A stretch of DNA of 64,000 nt from Acidobacteriota bacterium (GTDB lineage Bacteria > Acidobacteriota > UBA890 > WLXD01). The notes under the pieces were generated by a model that did no database searches, was not told where the DNA came from, and worked only from the letters and a program-made list of their open reading frames with translations. Within the stretch, counting starts at the first letter, position 1; each line of letters begins with the position of its first letter. The DNA lies in NCBI GenBank assembly GCA_963666055.2, contig CAXWPH010000014.1:352001-416000 (forward strand), read 5' to 3'. Made by a program: the position numbers and the translations under genes. Below are positions 42,036 through 51,157 of the stretch, piece after piece.

Positions 42036-43366
42036 GATCGCCGCTCGCCTGGCTGCTCGCCGCAGGCTTGGTATTGAGCACGGGCTGCGGCGGGGCCCGT
42101 CCGCAGGTCGTTCCCGGCGAGAACCCGGAGATCAGCACGGCTCCCAGGGGGCTGGCGGAGTCGCTCGGGGCGTCGTTCGATGCCTATCGCTCGCCCGGTC
42201 TGGAACAACGGCAATTCGATCCAGCGCACTACTGGCGGACGCTGCTTGCCGTCGTTGATGGCGCGCCGGATCGATTTCGCGTCGCGCCGATCGGCACCAG
42301 CGTCGAGGGTCGACCGCTGCGCCGCATCGACTTCGGACGTGGCGACACCACGGTGATGCTGTGGTCACAGATGCACGGCAACGAGTCGACCGCGTCGCGG
42401 GCTCTGGTCGACGTGCTGCGCTTCCTGCTCGAGAACCGCCGGCATCCGATGGTGCGCCGCATCGAGAGACAGCTCGCCGTAACCATGGTACCCGTCGTCA
42501 ACCCCGATGGAGCTGTGCGCTTCGTTCGCCAGAACGCTCTTGGGATCGACCTGAACCGCGATGCTCGCCGCCTGGCCACGCCAGAGGCACGGGCGCTCAA
42601 GGCGGTGCGCGACGACATCGACGCCGACTGGGGCTTCAACCTGCACGACCAGAACGTCCGCACGCGGCTCGGCAGCACCGGCCGCGATGTGCGCATTGCC
42701 CTTCTGGCACCACCTCCGGGGCCCGGTGAGGTCACCGAGGTGAACCGCGCCGCGAGACGTATGTGCTCCCTCCTGGCCAGCGCTCTCGAGCCTATCGTCG
42801 ATGACCAGGTGGCGCGCTACGACGAGAGCTTCAACCCGCGCGCCTTCGGCGATTCGATGGCGCGTTGGGGAACGTCCGTCGTGTTGATCGAGTCCGGTGG
42901 CGAGCTTGGTGACCCACACAAGGAGATGCTGCGGCGCGCCAACTACGTGGCCCTGCTGGTCGCCCTCGACGCTATCGCCAGCGGCAGCTGGAGCAACGTC
43001 TCCCCACAGCGCTATCTCGATCTGCCACTCAACACCGCGTGGGTGTACGACCTGATCGTTCGCGGTGCGTCGATCGTGTTACCGGGGCGTGAGCCGGTGA
43101 GGGCCGACTTCGCGATCAACTACGCAGACACACTGTCCAAGGCCGGCGGCACGATAGTCGAGGTGGGCGACCTCGAGGAGGCCAAAGCGCTCGAGACCAT
43201 CGATGCCGCGGGGCTCTTTTTCTTGCCCGCGGCGGCCAGCCTTTCTCAGGAGGGCGGGCCGCACCTGCGCATCGGCGACCCAGCCGATGGGCTGCTGGCA
43301 CGCGACGTCCAGGGCACCGAAGTCGAGTGGCGCTTCGGCAACGAGCTCGCGACTGGATACCACTGA
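42008..43366 (+). CDS. M14-family zinc carboxypeptidase lipoprotein
   Basis: Lipobox LSTG-C; QMHGNE, NPDG, DLNRD, NLHDQ, LIESGG. Confidence 0.88.
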   Translation: MEARVGRSLRSPLAWLLAAGLVLSTGCGGARPQVVPGENPEISTAPRGLAESLGASFDAYRSPGLEQRQFDPAHYWRTLLAVVDGAPDRFRVAPIGTSVEGRPLRRIDFGRGDTTVMLWSQMHGNESTASRALVDVLRFLLENRRHPMVRRIERQLAVTMVPVVNPDGAVRFVRQNALGIDLNRDARRLATPEARALKAVRDDIDADWGFNLHDQNVRTRLGSTGRDVRIALLAPPPGPGEVTEVNRAARRMCSLLASALEPIVDDQVARYDESFNPRAFGDSMARWGTSVVLIESGGELGDPHKEMLRRANYVALLVALDAIASGSWSNVSPQRYLDLPLNTAWVYDLIVRGASIVLPGREPVRADFAINYADTLSKAGGTIVEVGDLEEAKALETIDAAGLFFLPAAASLSQEGGPHLRIGDPADGLLARDVQGTEVEWRFGNELATGYH

Positions 43367-43410
43367 TGAACTAGTGGCCTGATCACACGGCTGGAGCGTA
43401 CGTGCACGGA

Positions 43411-44811
43411 TCAGTCTAGTTGGAAGTCGTCTCCGAGCTCCGGCACCAGCACGTCCGCGCTGTGCTCGTCCCGTAAAGCACGCCCGAGCGCCGCTGCGGC
43501 CTTGGCTTCGCCGTGCACTACAAAGGTTCGCTTCGGCACGGTGCCCAGGCTACTGAACCATTTGAGCAGGCCGGCGCGGTCGGCGTGCGCCGAGAATCCC
43601 CGAATGCTCTCGATGCGCGCCCGAACCGGATACCAGTCGCCGAAGATGCGCACCGGATCGATCCCCGACTGAATGACGTGCCCGAGCGTCCCCCGTGCTT
43701 GGTAGCCGACGAACAGCACGGTAGATCGCGGGTCCGAGATGTTGTGCTTCAGGTGGTGCTTGACGCGTCCGGCAGTGCACATGCCCGATGCCGAGATGAT
43801 GACGGCCGGGTACCGGCTCTGGTTGATCGCCTTGGATTCGTCGACGCTAGTTACCAGCTTGAGGCCGTCAAACTCGAGCGGCTTGTCGCCCGAGCAATAC
43901 AGGCGGCGTGCCTCCTTTGAGTAGGCCTCGGGGAATTGGGTGAATACGCGGGTAGCCTCGACCGCCATCGGCGAATCGACGAACACCGGTATTCCTTGGA
44001 GCCGACCAGACTCGACCAGATCGTTGAGCCGCGCCAGGATCTCCTGTGTCCGCCCGACCGCGAACGACGGCACCACCACCTTTCCTCCCTTGCTCGCGGT
44101 ACGGCTGACGATGTCGTAGAGCAACTCGGTGGGATCCTCGGCGGCGTCACGATCGCGGTCGCCGTAGGTCGATTCGAGGATCATCACCTCCGCCGCCTCG
44201 ACCGGGGCCGGCCGCGACAGCAAACGCGCCCCGTCGGCGCCGAGATCACCGGAAAACGTCACGTGGCGGCAACCGTCCCCGTCGTCGATCTCGAGCTCCA
44301 CGATGCTGGCACCGAGGATGTGCCCCGCCATCGCGAACCGTACCCGCCCGATGCCATCCAGACGCTTCCATCGATCGAACTCGGTTTCGACGAACAGGCG
44401 GTAGACCGCCGCTGCATCGTCGGCGGTGTACAGCGGGGTGATGCCCGAGGCGTCCTTGCCGCGCTTCTTCAGCCGCTTGATCGTCCAGCGCGCGTCTTCC
44501 TCGTGAATATGTGCCGAATCAGCGAGAAGAATCTTGGCGAGCGCCACACTGGCCGCGGTAGCGTAGATCGAGCCCTTGAAACCGCCGCGCACCAACAGCG
44601 GCAGGCGGCCGCAGTGATCGATATGGGCATGCGATAGCAGCACCACATCGATCGAAGCCGGGTCGAACGGGAACGGTGCGCGGTTGCGCTCGTGCCGCTC
44701 CTTGCCGCCCTGGATCATGCCGCAATCCAGCAGCACGCGGCCGGCGGTGGTCTCGATCAGATGGCAGGAGCCGGTAACCTCACGCGCCGCGCCGTGAAAG
44801 GAGATACGCAT
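43411..44811 (-). CDS. MBL-fold beta-CASP RNA-processing metallohydrolase
   Basis: GAAREVTGSCH, SHAHIDHCG, AGHILG, ESTYG, FSAHAD, VHGE. Confidence 0.93.
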   Translation of the reverse strand: MRISFHGAAREVTGSCHLIETTAGRVLLDCGMIQGGKERHERNRAPFPFDPASIDVVLLSHAHIDHCGRLPLLVRGGFKGSIYATAASVALAKILLADSAHIHEEDARWTIKRLKKRGKDASGITPLYTADDAAAVYRLFVETEFDRWKRLDGIGRVRFAMAGHILGASIVELEIDDGDGCRHVTFSGDLGADGARLLSRPAPVEAAEVMILESTYGDRDRDAAEDPTELLYDIVSRTASKGGKVVVPSFAVGRTQEILARLNDLVESGRLQGIPVFVDSPMAVEATRVFTQFPEAYSKEARRLYCSGDKPLEFDGLKLVTSVDESKAINQSRYPAVIISASGMCTAGRVKHHLKHNISDPRSTVLFVGYQARGTLGHVIQSGIDPVRIFGDWYPVRARIESIRGFSAHADRAGLLKWFSSLGTVPKRTFVVHGEAKAAAALGRALRDEHSADVLVPELGDDFQLD

Positions 44812-44891
44812 CGACGCCTCAGCACACGATGACCGCACCCACCGCCACGCGGCAGCGGGTGCGGTCTCGAAGATCGGTAAGTAACGCCGGC

Positions 44892-45095
44892 TCAGTCAAC
44901 CCCGAAGGCGATCTTCACGGTCGTCTTGTAGCTGACGATCTCGCCGCCCTCGACCTTGGCGGTCATGTGCTCGACCTCGACCCCGGTGATGTTGTTGACG
45001 GTCTTGGACGCCGTGCGCACGGCATTCTCCGCCGCCTCGTCCCAGCTCTTGGGGGACGAGCCCACGATCTCGATAATCTTGGCAATCTCTGCCAC
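44892..45095 (-). CDS. Dodecin-family protein
   Basis: KIIEIVGSSPKSWDEAA...VKIAF; GGAGG RBS before GTG. Confidence 0.9.
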   Translation of the reverse strand: MAEIAKIIEIVGSSPKSWDEAAENAVRTASKTVNNITGVEVEHMTAKVEGGEIVSYKTTVKIAFGVD

Positions 45096-45228
45096 TGCTG
45101 CCTCCTGAAGGTGGGCTCCGAAAAGCCGGACTACGCCGCCACACCAGGCGCGGGCGCGCATCATAACATAGGGTTTTCGACCCCAAGCCGGCCCATCCCC
45201 GCCCCCGCGATGACGCTCACGGAGCCCG

Positions 45229-46593
45229 ATGAAGCACGCGCTCATGGCCCTCGAACGCATGGGGTTGTCGACGGATCTGTACGAATTGACGATGGCGCAA
45301 GCGTTTCTCGCCGCCGACATCGTCGAGCGCCGGGCGACCTTCGACCTCAGCGTGCGAGCGCTGCCGACGGAACGCGGCTACCTGATCGCCGCCGGGCTCG
45401 AGCAGGCGCTGGCCTACATACGCGACCTGCGTTTCCGCCCCAAGGCGCTGGCCTATCTCGAGGGCTCGGGACACTTCTGCCAGGAATTTGTCGACTACCT
45501 TGCGTCGATGCGCTTCACCGGCTCGGTCGATGCCATACCCGAGGGGACGGTCTACTTCCCACCCGGCCCCTTGCTTCGAGTCACCGCACCGATCATCGAG
45601 GCGCAGATCCTGGAAACCTACCTGCTGACCACGATCACGTTTCAGTCCATGGTTGCCTCGAAGGCCTCACGCGTGGTCGGTGCCGCCGACGACCGGACAG
45701 TCATCGACTTCTCACCGCGGCGCGACCACGGACCTCAGGCCGGGCTGCTGGCAGCGCGGGCGTCGTACATTGGGGGCTGTGTCGGCACCTCCAACGTGCT
45801 CGCCAACGAACAGTTCGGGATTCCGATCTTTGGCACCATGGCGCACTCGTTCGTGATGTTTCACCGCGACGAAGAAGAAGCGTTCCGGGTGTTCTCGCGC
45901 TCCTACCCCAACGATCCCACCTTGCTCATCGATACATTCGACACGCTCGAGGGCGCACGAATAGCGGTAAGGCTGCTGCCCGAGTTGGCGACGCGCGGCC
46001 AACGCCTTGCCGCCGTTCGACTGGACTCCGGCGACCTGCTCAAGCTTTCCGTGCAGGTGCGCGAGATCCTCGACGCCGGCGGCGCCAGCGATACGCAGAT
46101 CTTTGCCAGCGGCGACCTCGACGAGCACAAGATCGCCACCCTGGTGGCCGACGGCGCCAAGATCGACGGTTTTGGAGTGGGCACCCAACTCGGCACCAGC
46201 GGCGACGCCCCGACCCTCTCGAGCACGTACAAGCTGGTCGCCTATGAGGGCAACGCCGGCAACGAGGTTCCGGTGATCAAGCTCAGTGCCGCCAAGATAT
46301 CGCTGCCTGGCCGCAAGCAGATATGGCGTCGATACGACGATGACGGCAGGCTCATTGGCGACACCGTGGGGTTGGAGGACGAGGAACTGCCCGGCAAGCC
46401 ACTGCTGGTTCCGTATATGGCCAACGGCCGGCTGTTGCGGCGCGCTCCAGCGCTCGAGGAAATCCGCGCCCGAGCTACCGACCAAGTCGCCAGGCTCCCC
46501 GCCGGAGTCCGCAGGCTGCGCCAGCCGGAAGCTTATCCGGTAGAGATCTCTGTCCGTCTGGCGGCTCTGATGGAGCAGCTCCAGCGACGTTGA
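45229..46593 (+). CDS. pncB: Nicotinate phosphoribosyltransferase
   Basis: TDLYELTM, GTMAHS, LIDTFD, VRLDSGD, FGVGT, YKLV. Confidence 0.93.
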   Translation: MKHALMALERMGLSTDLYELTMAQAFLAADIVERRATFDLSVRALPTERGYLIAAGLEQALAYIRDLRFRPKALAYLEGSGHFCQEFVDYLASMRFTGSVDAIPEGTVYFPPGPLLRVTAPIIEAQILETYLLTTITFQSMVASKASRVVGAADDRTVIDFSPRRDHGPQAGLLAARASYIGGCVGTSNVLANEQFGIPIFGTMAHSFVMFHRDEEEAFRVFSRSYPNDPTLLIDTFDTLEGARIAVRLLPELATRGQRLAAVRLDSGDLLKLSVQVREILDAGGASDTQIFASGDLDEHKIATLVADGAKIDGFGVGTQLGTSGDAPTLSSTYKLVAYEGNAGNEVPVIKLSAAKISLPGRKQIWRRYDDDGRLIGDTVGLEDEELPGKPLLVPYMANGRLLRRAPALEEIRARATDQVARLPAGVRRLRQPEAYPVEISVRLAALMEQLQRR

Positions 46594-46778
46594 GACGATC
46601 GCCGGACGTGGCCATGGGAAGGGCACGTGGGCTACTTGGCACCAACCGCTGCAGGCGATTTGTGGGGCCGCCGGGTAGACAGTACGATGGACCTCGACGG
46701 GTGCGAGACGCCGCTCAACCTGCGAAGCCGAGGCGCTACCGATCTGTCGAGACCACCGCGCATGCACGGATGTGGGCC

Positions 46779-47930
46779 ATGACCGAGACGAAGGTCGAGA
46801 GCGAACCGAAGAAAGCCGCCGGGCTTGCCGGCATCGTCGCTGGCAAGTCGTCGGTGGGGTTCATCGACGGCAAGGTCGGAGACCTCCGTTATTTCGGTTA
46901 CGACATTCACGACCTCGCCGAGCACTCATCGTTCGAGGAAACCGTCTACCTGCTGTGGAACGGCGATCTGCCGTCGCGCGCCGACCTCGCCGACTTCACC
47001 ACGGTACTTGCCGCTCAGCGTACGGTGGACGCGGCCATCCTCGACTTCATTGCCGCCGTACCCCCCGACGTCACGCCGATGGGTCTGCTACGCACTGCAG
47101 TCTCGGCGCTGGGGCAGTACGACCCCGACGCCGAGGACATGTCCGTCGCCGCCAACAAGCGGAAGGCGGGGCGGCTAACGGCGCAGCTCGCCACCTTGGT
47201 GGCGGCGATTCACCGCAGCCGGCTGGGCCTCGAGACAATGGCACCGGACCCGGCACTCGGCCACGCCGCCAACTTCCTGTACATGCTGAACGGCGAGCGC
47301 GCCGACCAGGCCACGACGCGCGCATTGGACGTCGCGTTGGTGTTGCACGCCGACCACGGCTTCAACGCCTCGACGTTCTCCGCCAAGGTCACGGCAGCGA
47401 CACTCTCGGACATGCACTCGGCCGTAACCTCGGCGATCGGCACGCTGAAGGGCCCCTTGCACGGCGGCGCCAACCAGCGCGTGCGCCAGATGCTTGACGA
47501 TATCGGCACCGTGGAGCGAGTCGAGGAGTGGGTCGATGCCGAGCTCGAAGCGAAGCGAAAAATCATGGGATTCGGCCACCGTGTGTACAAAGTGGAGGAC
47601 CCACGAGCCCGTCATCTGCGCGAGCACGCGCGTGCGCTCCAGGGCACGCTAGACGGCAACACCGACCTGGTGGGGATCTCACAGCGATTGGTAGAGATCG
47701 TGGCGGAGCGCAAGGGCCTCGCCGTCAACGTCGATTTCTGGTCGGCTAGCCTGTACTCGTACCTAGGGGTTCCCCCCGACCTGTTCCCGATGATCTTCGC
47801 CCTCTCGCGCATCTCCGGTTGGACAACGCATGTGATGGAGCAATACGCCGACAACAAGTTGATTCGCCCGCGCGCCGAGTACATCGGGCCTGCACATCGC
47901 GCCTACGTCCCCGTCGCCGAGCGCGGCTAG
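46779..47930 (+). CDS. Citrate synthase (or 2-methylcitrate synthase)
   Basis: LHADHGFNAST, GPLHGGAN, GFGHRVYK, NVDFW, IRP. Confidence 0.92.
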   Translation: MTETKVESEPKKAAGLAGIVAGKSSVGFIDGKVGDLRYFGYDIHDLAEHSSFEETVYLLWNGDLPSRADLADFTTVLAAQRTVDAAILDFIAAVPPDVTPMGLLRTAVSALGQYDPDAEDMSVAANKRKAGRLTAQLATLVAAIHRSRLGLETMAPDPALGHAANFLYMLNGERADQATTRALDVALVLHADHGFNASTFSAKVTAATLSDMHSAVTSAIGTLKGPLHGGANQRVRQMLDDIGTVERVEEWVDAELEAKRKIMGFGHRVYKVEDPRARHLREHARALQGTLDGNTDLVGISQRLVEIVAERKGLAVNVDFWSASLYSYLGVPPDLFPMIFALSRISGWTTHVMEQYADNKLIRPRAEYIGPAHRAYVPVAERG

Positions 47931-48197
47931 CTCGCGGCGAGCGGTGTCGAGACACCCTCGCATTGCGGCCACGGTGACCCGGTCTCGCCGCAGTTGGCCG
48001 ATCCCAGAACATTCAAGTCTCCCCGGAGCGGGGCGCTCATGGTCGATTGGTGCGGTTCGCGCTAAGCTTGCATACGGAGGGGGCGCTGTTGGGCTCGTCT
48101 ATTCACGAAGCTGTCCCGTCTAAGCCAGCAGAACCGGGGTCACTCTCCCCGCACCGAACCACGCGACCATGAATCTTTCTCGAGGAGGACAGCGCAA

Positions 48198-49829
48198 ATG
48201 AGCATCTGGAACACGACCGGACGCCTGGCCGCCACCGTCACGCTAGTCGGCGCGGGGCTGCTCCTGGGGTTGTCGATGGCTGGGAGCACGTCCGCCGTCG
48301 GTACCATGACCCAGCAAACGCAAAACGCCGTGGTCAGAGACGCTCCCATGCCGGACATGGTGCCGCAGGGGCTGTTCGTCGACGTTGCCGATCAGACCAG
48401 CCGCGCGGTGGTCTTCATCGAGGCCGAGCGTCCGCAGCAGCATCGAGCCACGGGCGGTCGCTTCAACGACTTCTTCGACAACTTCTTCGGCCGTGATCGC
48501 GACCGCGATGACGAGGAGCCCGAGCAAGACGAGTTCCAATTCGACGATCGTGCCCGGAGCCAGGGCTCCGGTGTGCTCGTCACTGCGGACGGCTACATCC
48601 TCACCAATGCGCATGTCGTGTCGGTGCTGAACACCGAGACCGCGGCGACCGACCTGGCCAGCTCGGTGCGGGTCACTCTGGCCGACGATCAGATCTTCGA
48701 GGCATCGATCATCGGTGCCGACCTGGGCACCGACATCGCCTTGCTCAAGATCGACGCGCTGCACCTTCCTTTCGTCCCGCTCGGCGACTCGGACCTGGTG
48801 CGAGTGGGCGAATGGGTGATGGCTATCGGTGCCCCGTTCGGGCTGCAGAACACCGTCTCCGCCGGCATCGTTTCGGCGCTCGGCCGCGCCAACCTCGGCG
48901 GTATGGCTCAGACGGCGTACCAGAACTTCGTGCAGACCGACGCGGCGATCAACCCGGGCAACTCGGGCGGACCGTTGGTCAACCTGCGCGGCGAGGTGGT
49001 GGGAATCAACACAGCGATCGCCACCGGGGGTGGCTTCAACCCGACCTTCAGCGGCGTGGGTTTCGCGGTCCCTGCCAACTTGGCTGGCCGAGTGATGGAC
49101 CAACTACGCGAGCATGGTCACATCATCCGCGGCTACTTGGGCGTCACCGTACAGGCGTTATCGCGTGACCTGATCGAAGGCTATGGGCTGGATCCCATGG
49201 TACGCGGCGCCATCATCAACACGGTCACTCCCGATGGTCCGGCGCTCGAGGCCGGCGTGGAGCCGGGCGACATCGTTGTCGGCACCGATGACGTTCCGCT
49301 GGAGAGCCAGCCGGACTTCCTACAGCGGGTCGCCAACAAGGCACCGGGCGAGGAGCTCGTGCTCAACGTGCTGCGCAACAACGAGGACGGCTACGACGAG
49401 GTCGATATCCCCGTGTTGCTTACCGAGCGTCCCGACGAGGCCGAGATTCTGGCCGGCCGGCTGAACAGTGGACGCGACGGTAACGATCGCGGCGATCGCG
49501 ACTCGCCAGACGACCGCGGGTCGATGAGCGGCCGCCGGCTGGGTCTACGGGTGATCGAGCTCACCGGTCGGCTGACGCGCCAGCTCGACCTTCCCTCCGA
49601 GGTCGACGGCGTGGTGGTGACCAGCGTGGCCCCGAACAGCCCGGCAGCCCGAGCGGGTCTTGGTCAGGGCGACGTCATCCGCCGCGTCGGTCGCATCAGG
49701 ATCTCCAGTATCGACGAGTTCGACGATGCGATCTCGGCATACGGGGACGGCGACGCCATGTCGATCTACTTCTACGACAGCAGCAGCGGCAGCAGTATCT
49801 TCGCTGCGCTGCGCGTGCCACGCGAGTAG
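48198..49829 (+). CDS. HtrA/DegP (Do) serine protease with two PDZ domains
   Basis: GSG, TNAHV, DIA, QTDAAINPGNSGG, two PDZ domains. Confidence 0.95.
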   Translation: MSIWNTTGRLAATVTLVGAGLLLGLSMAGSTSAVGTMTQQTQNAVVRDAPMPDMVPQGLFVDVADQTSRAVVFIEAERPQQHRATGGRFNDFFDNFFGRDRDRDDEEPEQDEFQFDDRARSQGSGVLVTADGYILTNAHVVSVLNTETAATDLASSVRVTLADDQIFEASIIGADLGTDIALLKIDALHLPFVPLGDSDLVRVGEWVMAIGAPFGLQNTVSAGIVSALGRANLGGMAQTAYQNFVQTDAAINPGNSGGPLVNLRGEVVGINTAIATGGGFNPTFSGVGFAVPANLAGRVMDQLREHGHIIRGYLGVTVQALSRDLIEGYGLDPMVRGAIINTVTPDGPALEAGVEPGDIVVGTDDVPLESQPDFLQRVANKAPGEELVLNVLRNNEDGYDEVDIPVLLTERPDEAEILAGRLNSGRDGNDRGDRDSPDDRGSMSGRRLGLRVIELTGRLTRQLDLPSEVDGVVVTSVAPNSPAARAGLGQGDVIRRVGRIRISSIDEFDDAISAYGDGDAMSIYFYDSSSGSSIFAALRVPRE

Positions 49830-49850
49830 CGACTCCAGACCGCTAGTCGA

Positions 49851-49888
49851 CGGGCCACCAGGCACCCGCCTGGTGGCCCGACTTGCTT
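49851..49888 (+). terminator. Terminator-like hairpin after the HtrA gene
   Basis: Perfect 13-bp stem CGGGCCACCAGGC-accc-GCCTGGTGGCCCG followed by ACTTGCTT. Confidence 0.65.
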
Positions 49889-49941
49889 ACCGCGTGTCAA
49901 GAAAGAGTGAGGTACGCTAGGGTCGACCAAGGGAGAGTCCT

Positions 49942-50170
49942 ATGGGGATCGAGCTTGAGCTGTACGTTCTTCTGGTGGTTCTTGGCGTCGGCACATCGGT
50001 ATTCGCGGTCTTCGAGGTGGAGACCGCGCGATGGCGCAAGGTGCTGAAATGGCTCATCCTCAGCGCCGGAACGGTCGGTCTGTACTACGCCGTGGGGCAT
50101 CTCGCGCTGGTGTTCCCTCTGAGTCTCATGACCGTGGGCACCGTCGTCCACTTCTCGTGGTGCCGCCGAG
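49942..50170 (+). pseudogene. Small membrane protein, apparently 3'-truncated
   Basis: Hydrophobic ORF turns into low-complexity out-of-frame sequence after HFSWCRR, where the GNAT reading frame begins. Confidence 0.5.
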
Positions 50171-50182
50171 CTGATCGGGTAC

Positions 50183-50893
50183 ATGGTCGCTCATCCGCGC
50201 TTCTACGGTGTCGTCGCCGAGTCCGAAGGTCGGACTGTCGGCAGCAACTTCATGGACGAGCGGGGCGAGGTCTTCGGCCTGGGTCCGATCACCGTCGATC
50301 CTGAGTTTCAAGACAGGTCGGTCGGTCGCCAGCTGATGCAGCACATGATCGATCGGACGACCGACAAGGGCGCGCCGAGCGTTCGTTTGCTCCAAGCGGC
50401 ATACAACAACGGCTCGTTGTGTCTGTACCAGAAGCTCGGCTTCGACACGTGCGAGCCGATCTCCAATCTCTGCGGCGAACCGCTGGGAATCGAAATACCC
50501 GGTCATGTCGTTCGGAAAGCGGACCTGGCGGACGTGCCCGCGTGCAACGAGATTTGCAGGAACGTGCACGGTTTCGATCGCAGCGGCCAGTTGGAGGATG
50601 CGATCGGCCAGGGGGGCGCGTCGGTGGTCGAGTGCGACGGTGCCGTTACCGGCTATTCAACGGGGGTCCTTTTCTTCGAGCACAGCGTCGCGATGACCAA
50701 CGACGCTTTGAAGGCTCTCATCGGCGCGGCGTCCGAGATTCCCCACCCGGGGTTCCTGCTGCCGGCGCGTAACGGCGAAGTCTTTCGTTGGTGCCTGGAG
50801 AATGGCCTGCGCCAAACGCAGTTGATGACCTTAATGGCGCGCGGACAGTACAGAGAGCCTGCCGGACCGTACCTGTGTTCGATCCTCTACTAG
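50183..50893 (+). CDS. GNAT-family N-acetyltransferase, probably 5'-truncated
   Basis: ITVDPEFQDRSVGRQLM (acetyl-CoA motif), LYQKLGF; no RBS; seems to lack the first GNAT strand/helix. Confidence 0.7.
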   Translation: MVAHPRFYGVVAESEGRTVGSNFMDERGEVFGLGPITVDPEFQDRSVGRQLMQHMIDRTTDKGAPSVRLLQAAYNNGSLCLYQKLGFDTCEPISNLCGEPLGIEIPGHVVRKADLADVPACNEICRNVHGFDRSGQLEDAIGQGGASVVECDGAVTGYSTGVLFFEHSVAMTNDALKALIGAASEIPHPGFLLPARNGEVFRWCLENGLRQTQLMTLMARGQYREPAGPYLCSILY

Positions 50894-50951
50894 GCTCGCG
50901 CTGGCGCGTGGTCATCGGGAGGATTCGCCTGAGCCGTTGGCCGCCTCTTGT

Positions 50952-51014
50952 CGGATCAACGTGCTGCTCAACTGGTTCGACGAGCTGAAGCGGCTCGTGC
51001 CGACGGAGCCGTAG
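50952..51014 (+). pseudogene. Orphan 3' tip of a kinase-propeller gene (RINVLLNWFDELKRLVPTEP-stop)
   Basis: 50970-51018 is identical to 61931-61979 except for one base. Confidence 0.8.
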
Positions 51015-51110
51015 CGCCGCCAGGCGACCGGCCCGAACAGGGCCGTACGAAATCGATGGATCCAATGGGATCCGGCGCCGGCCAAGTCGACTCCGTTGGA
51101 TCTCACACGC

Positions 51111-51157
51111 TCCAGCGATAGGCTTCAGGCGCTCCCCCACCTCCCTTTGGTAGCGCC
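51111..51157 (+). promoter_or_regulatory. Conserved upstream motif of kinase genes, copy 1
   Basis: GCGATAGGCTTCAGGCGCTC-N-CCCACC...TGGTA-N-CGC directly before the ATG; recurs at ~56177 and ~59242. Confidence 0.7.

Noticed and set aside
48038-48171. 6S RNA or SRP RNA
   Set aside because: Too short, no two-sided central bubble and no SRP GGAA/AGCAG core; kept only as an unassigned structure.
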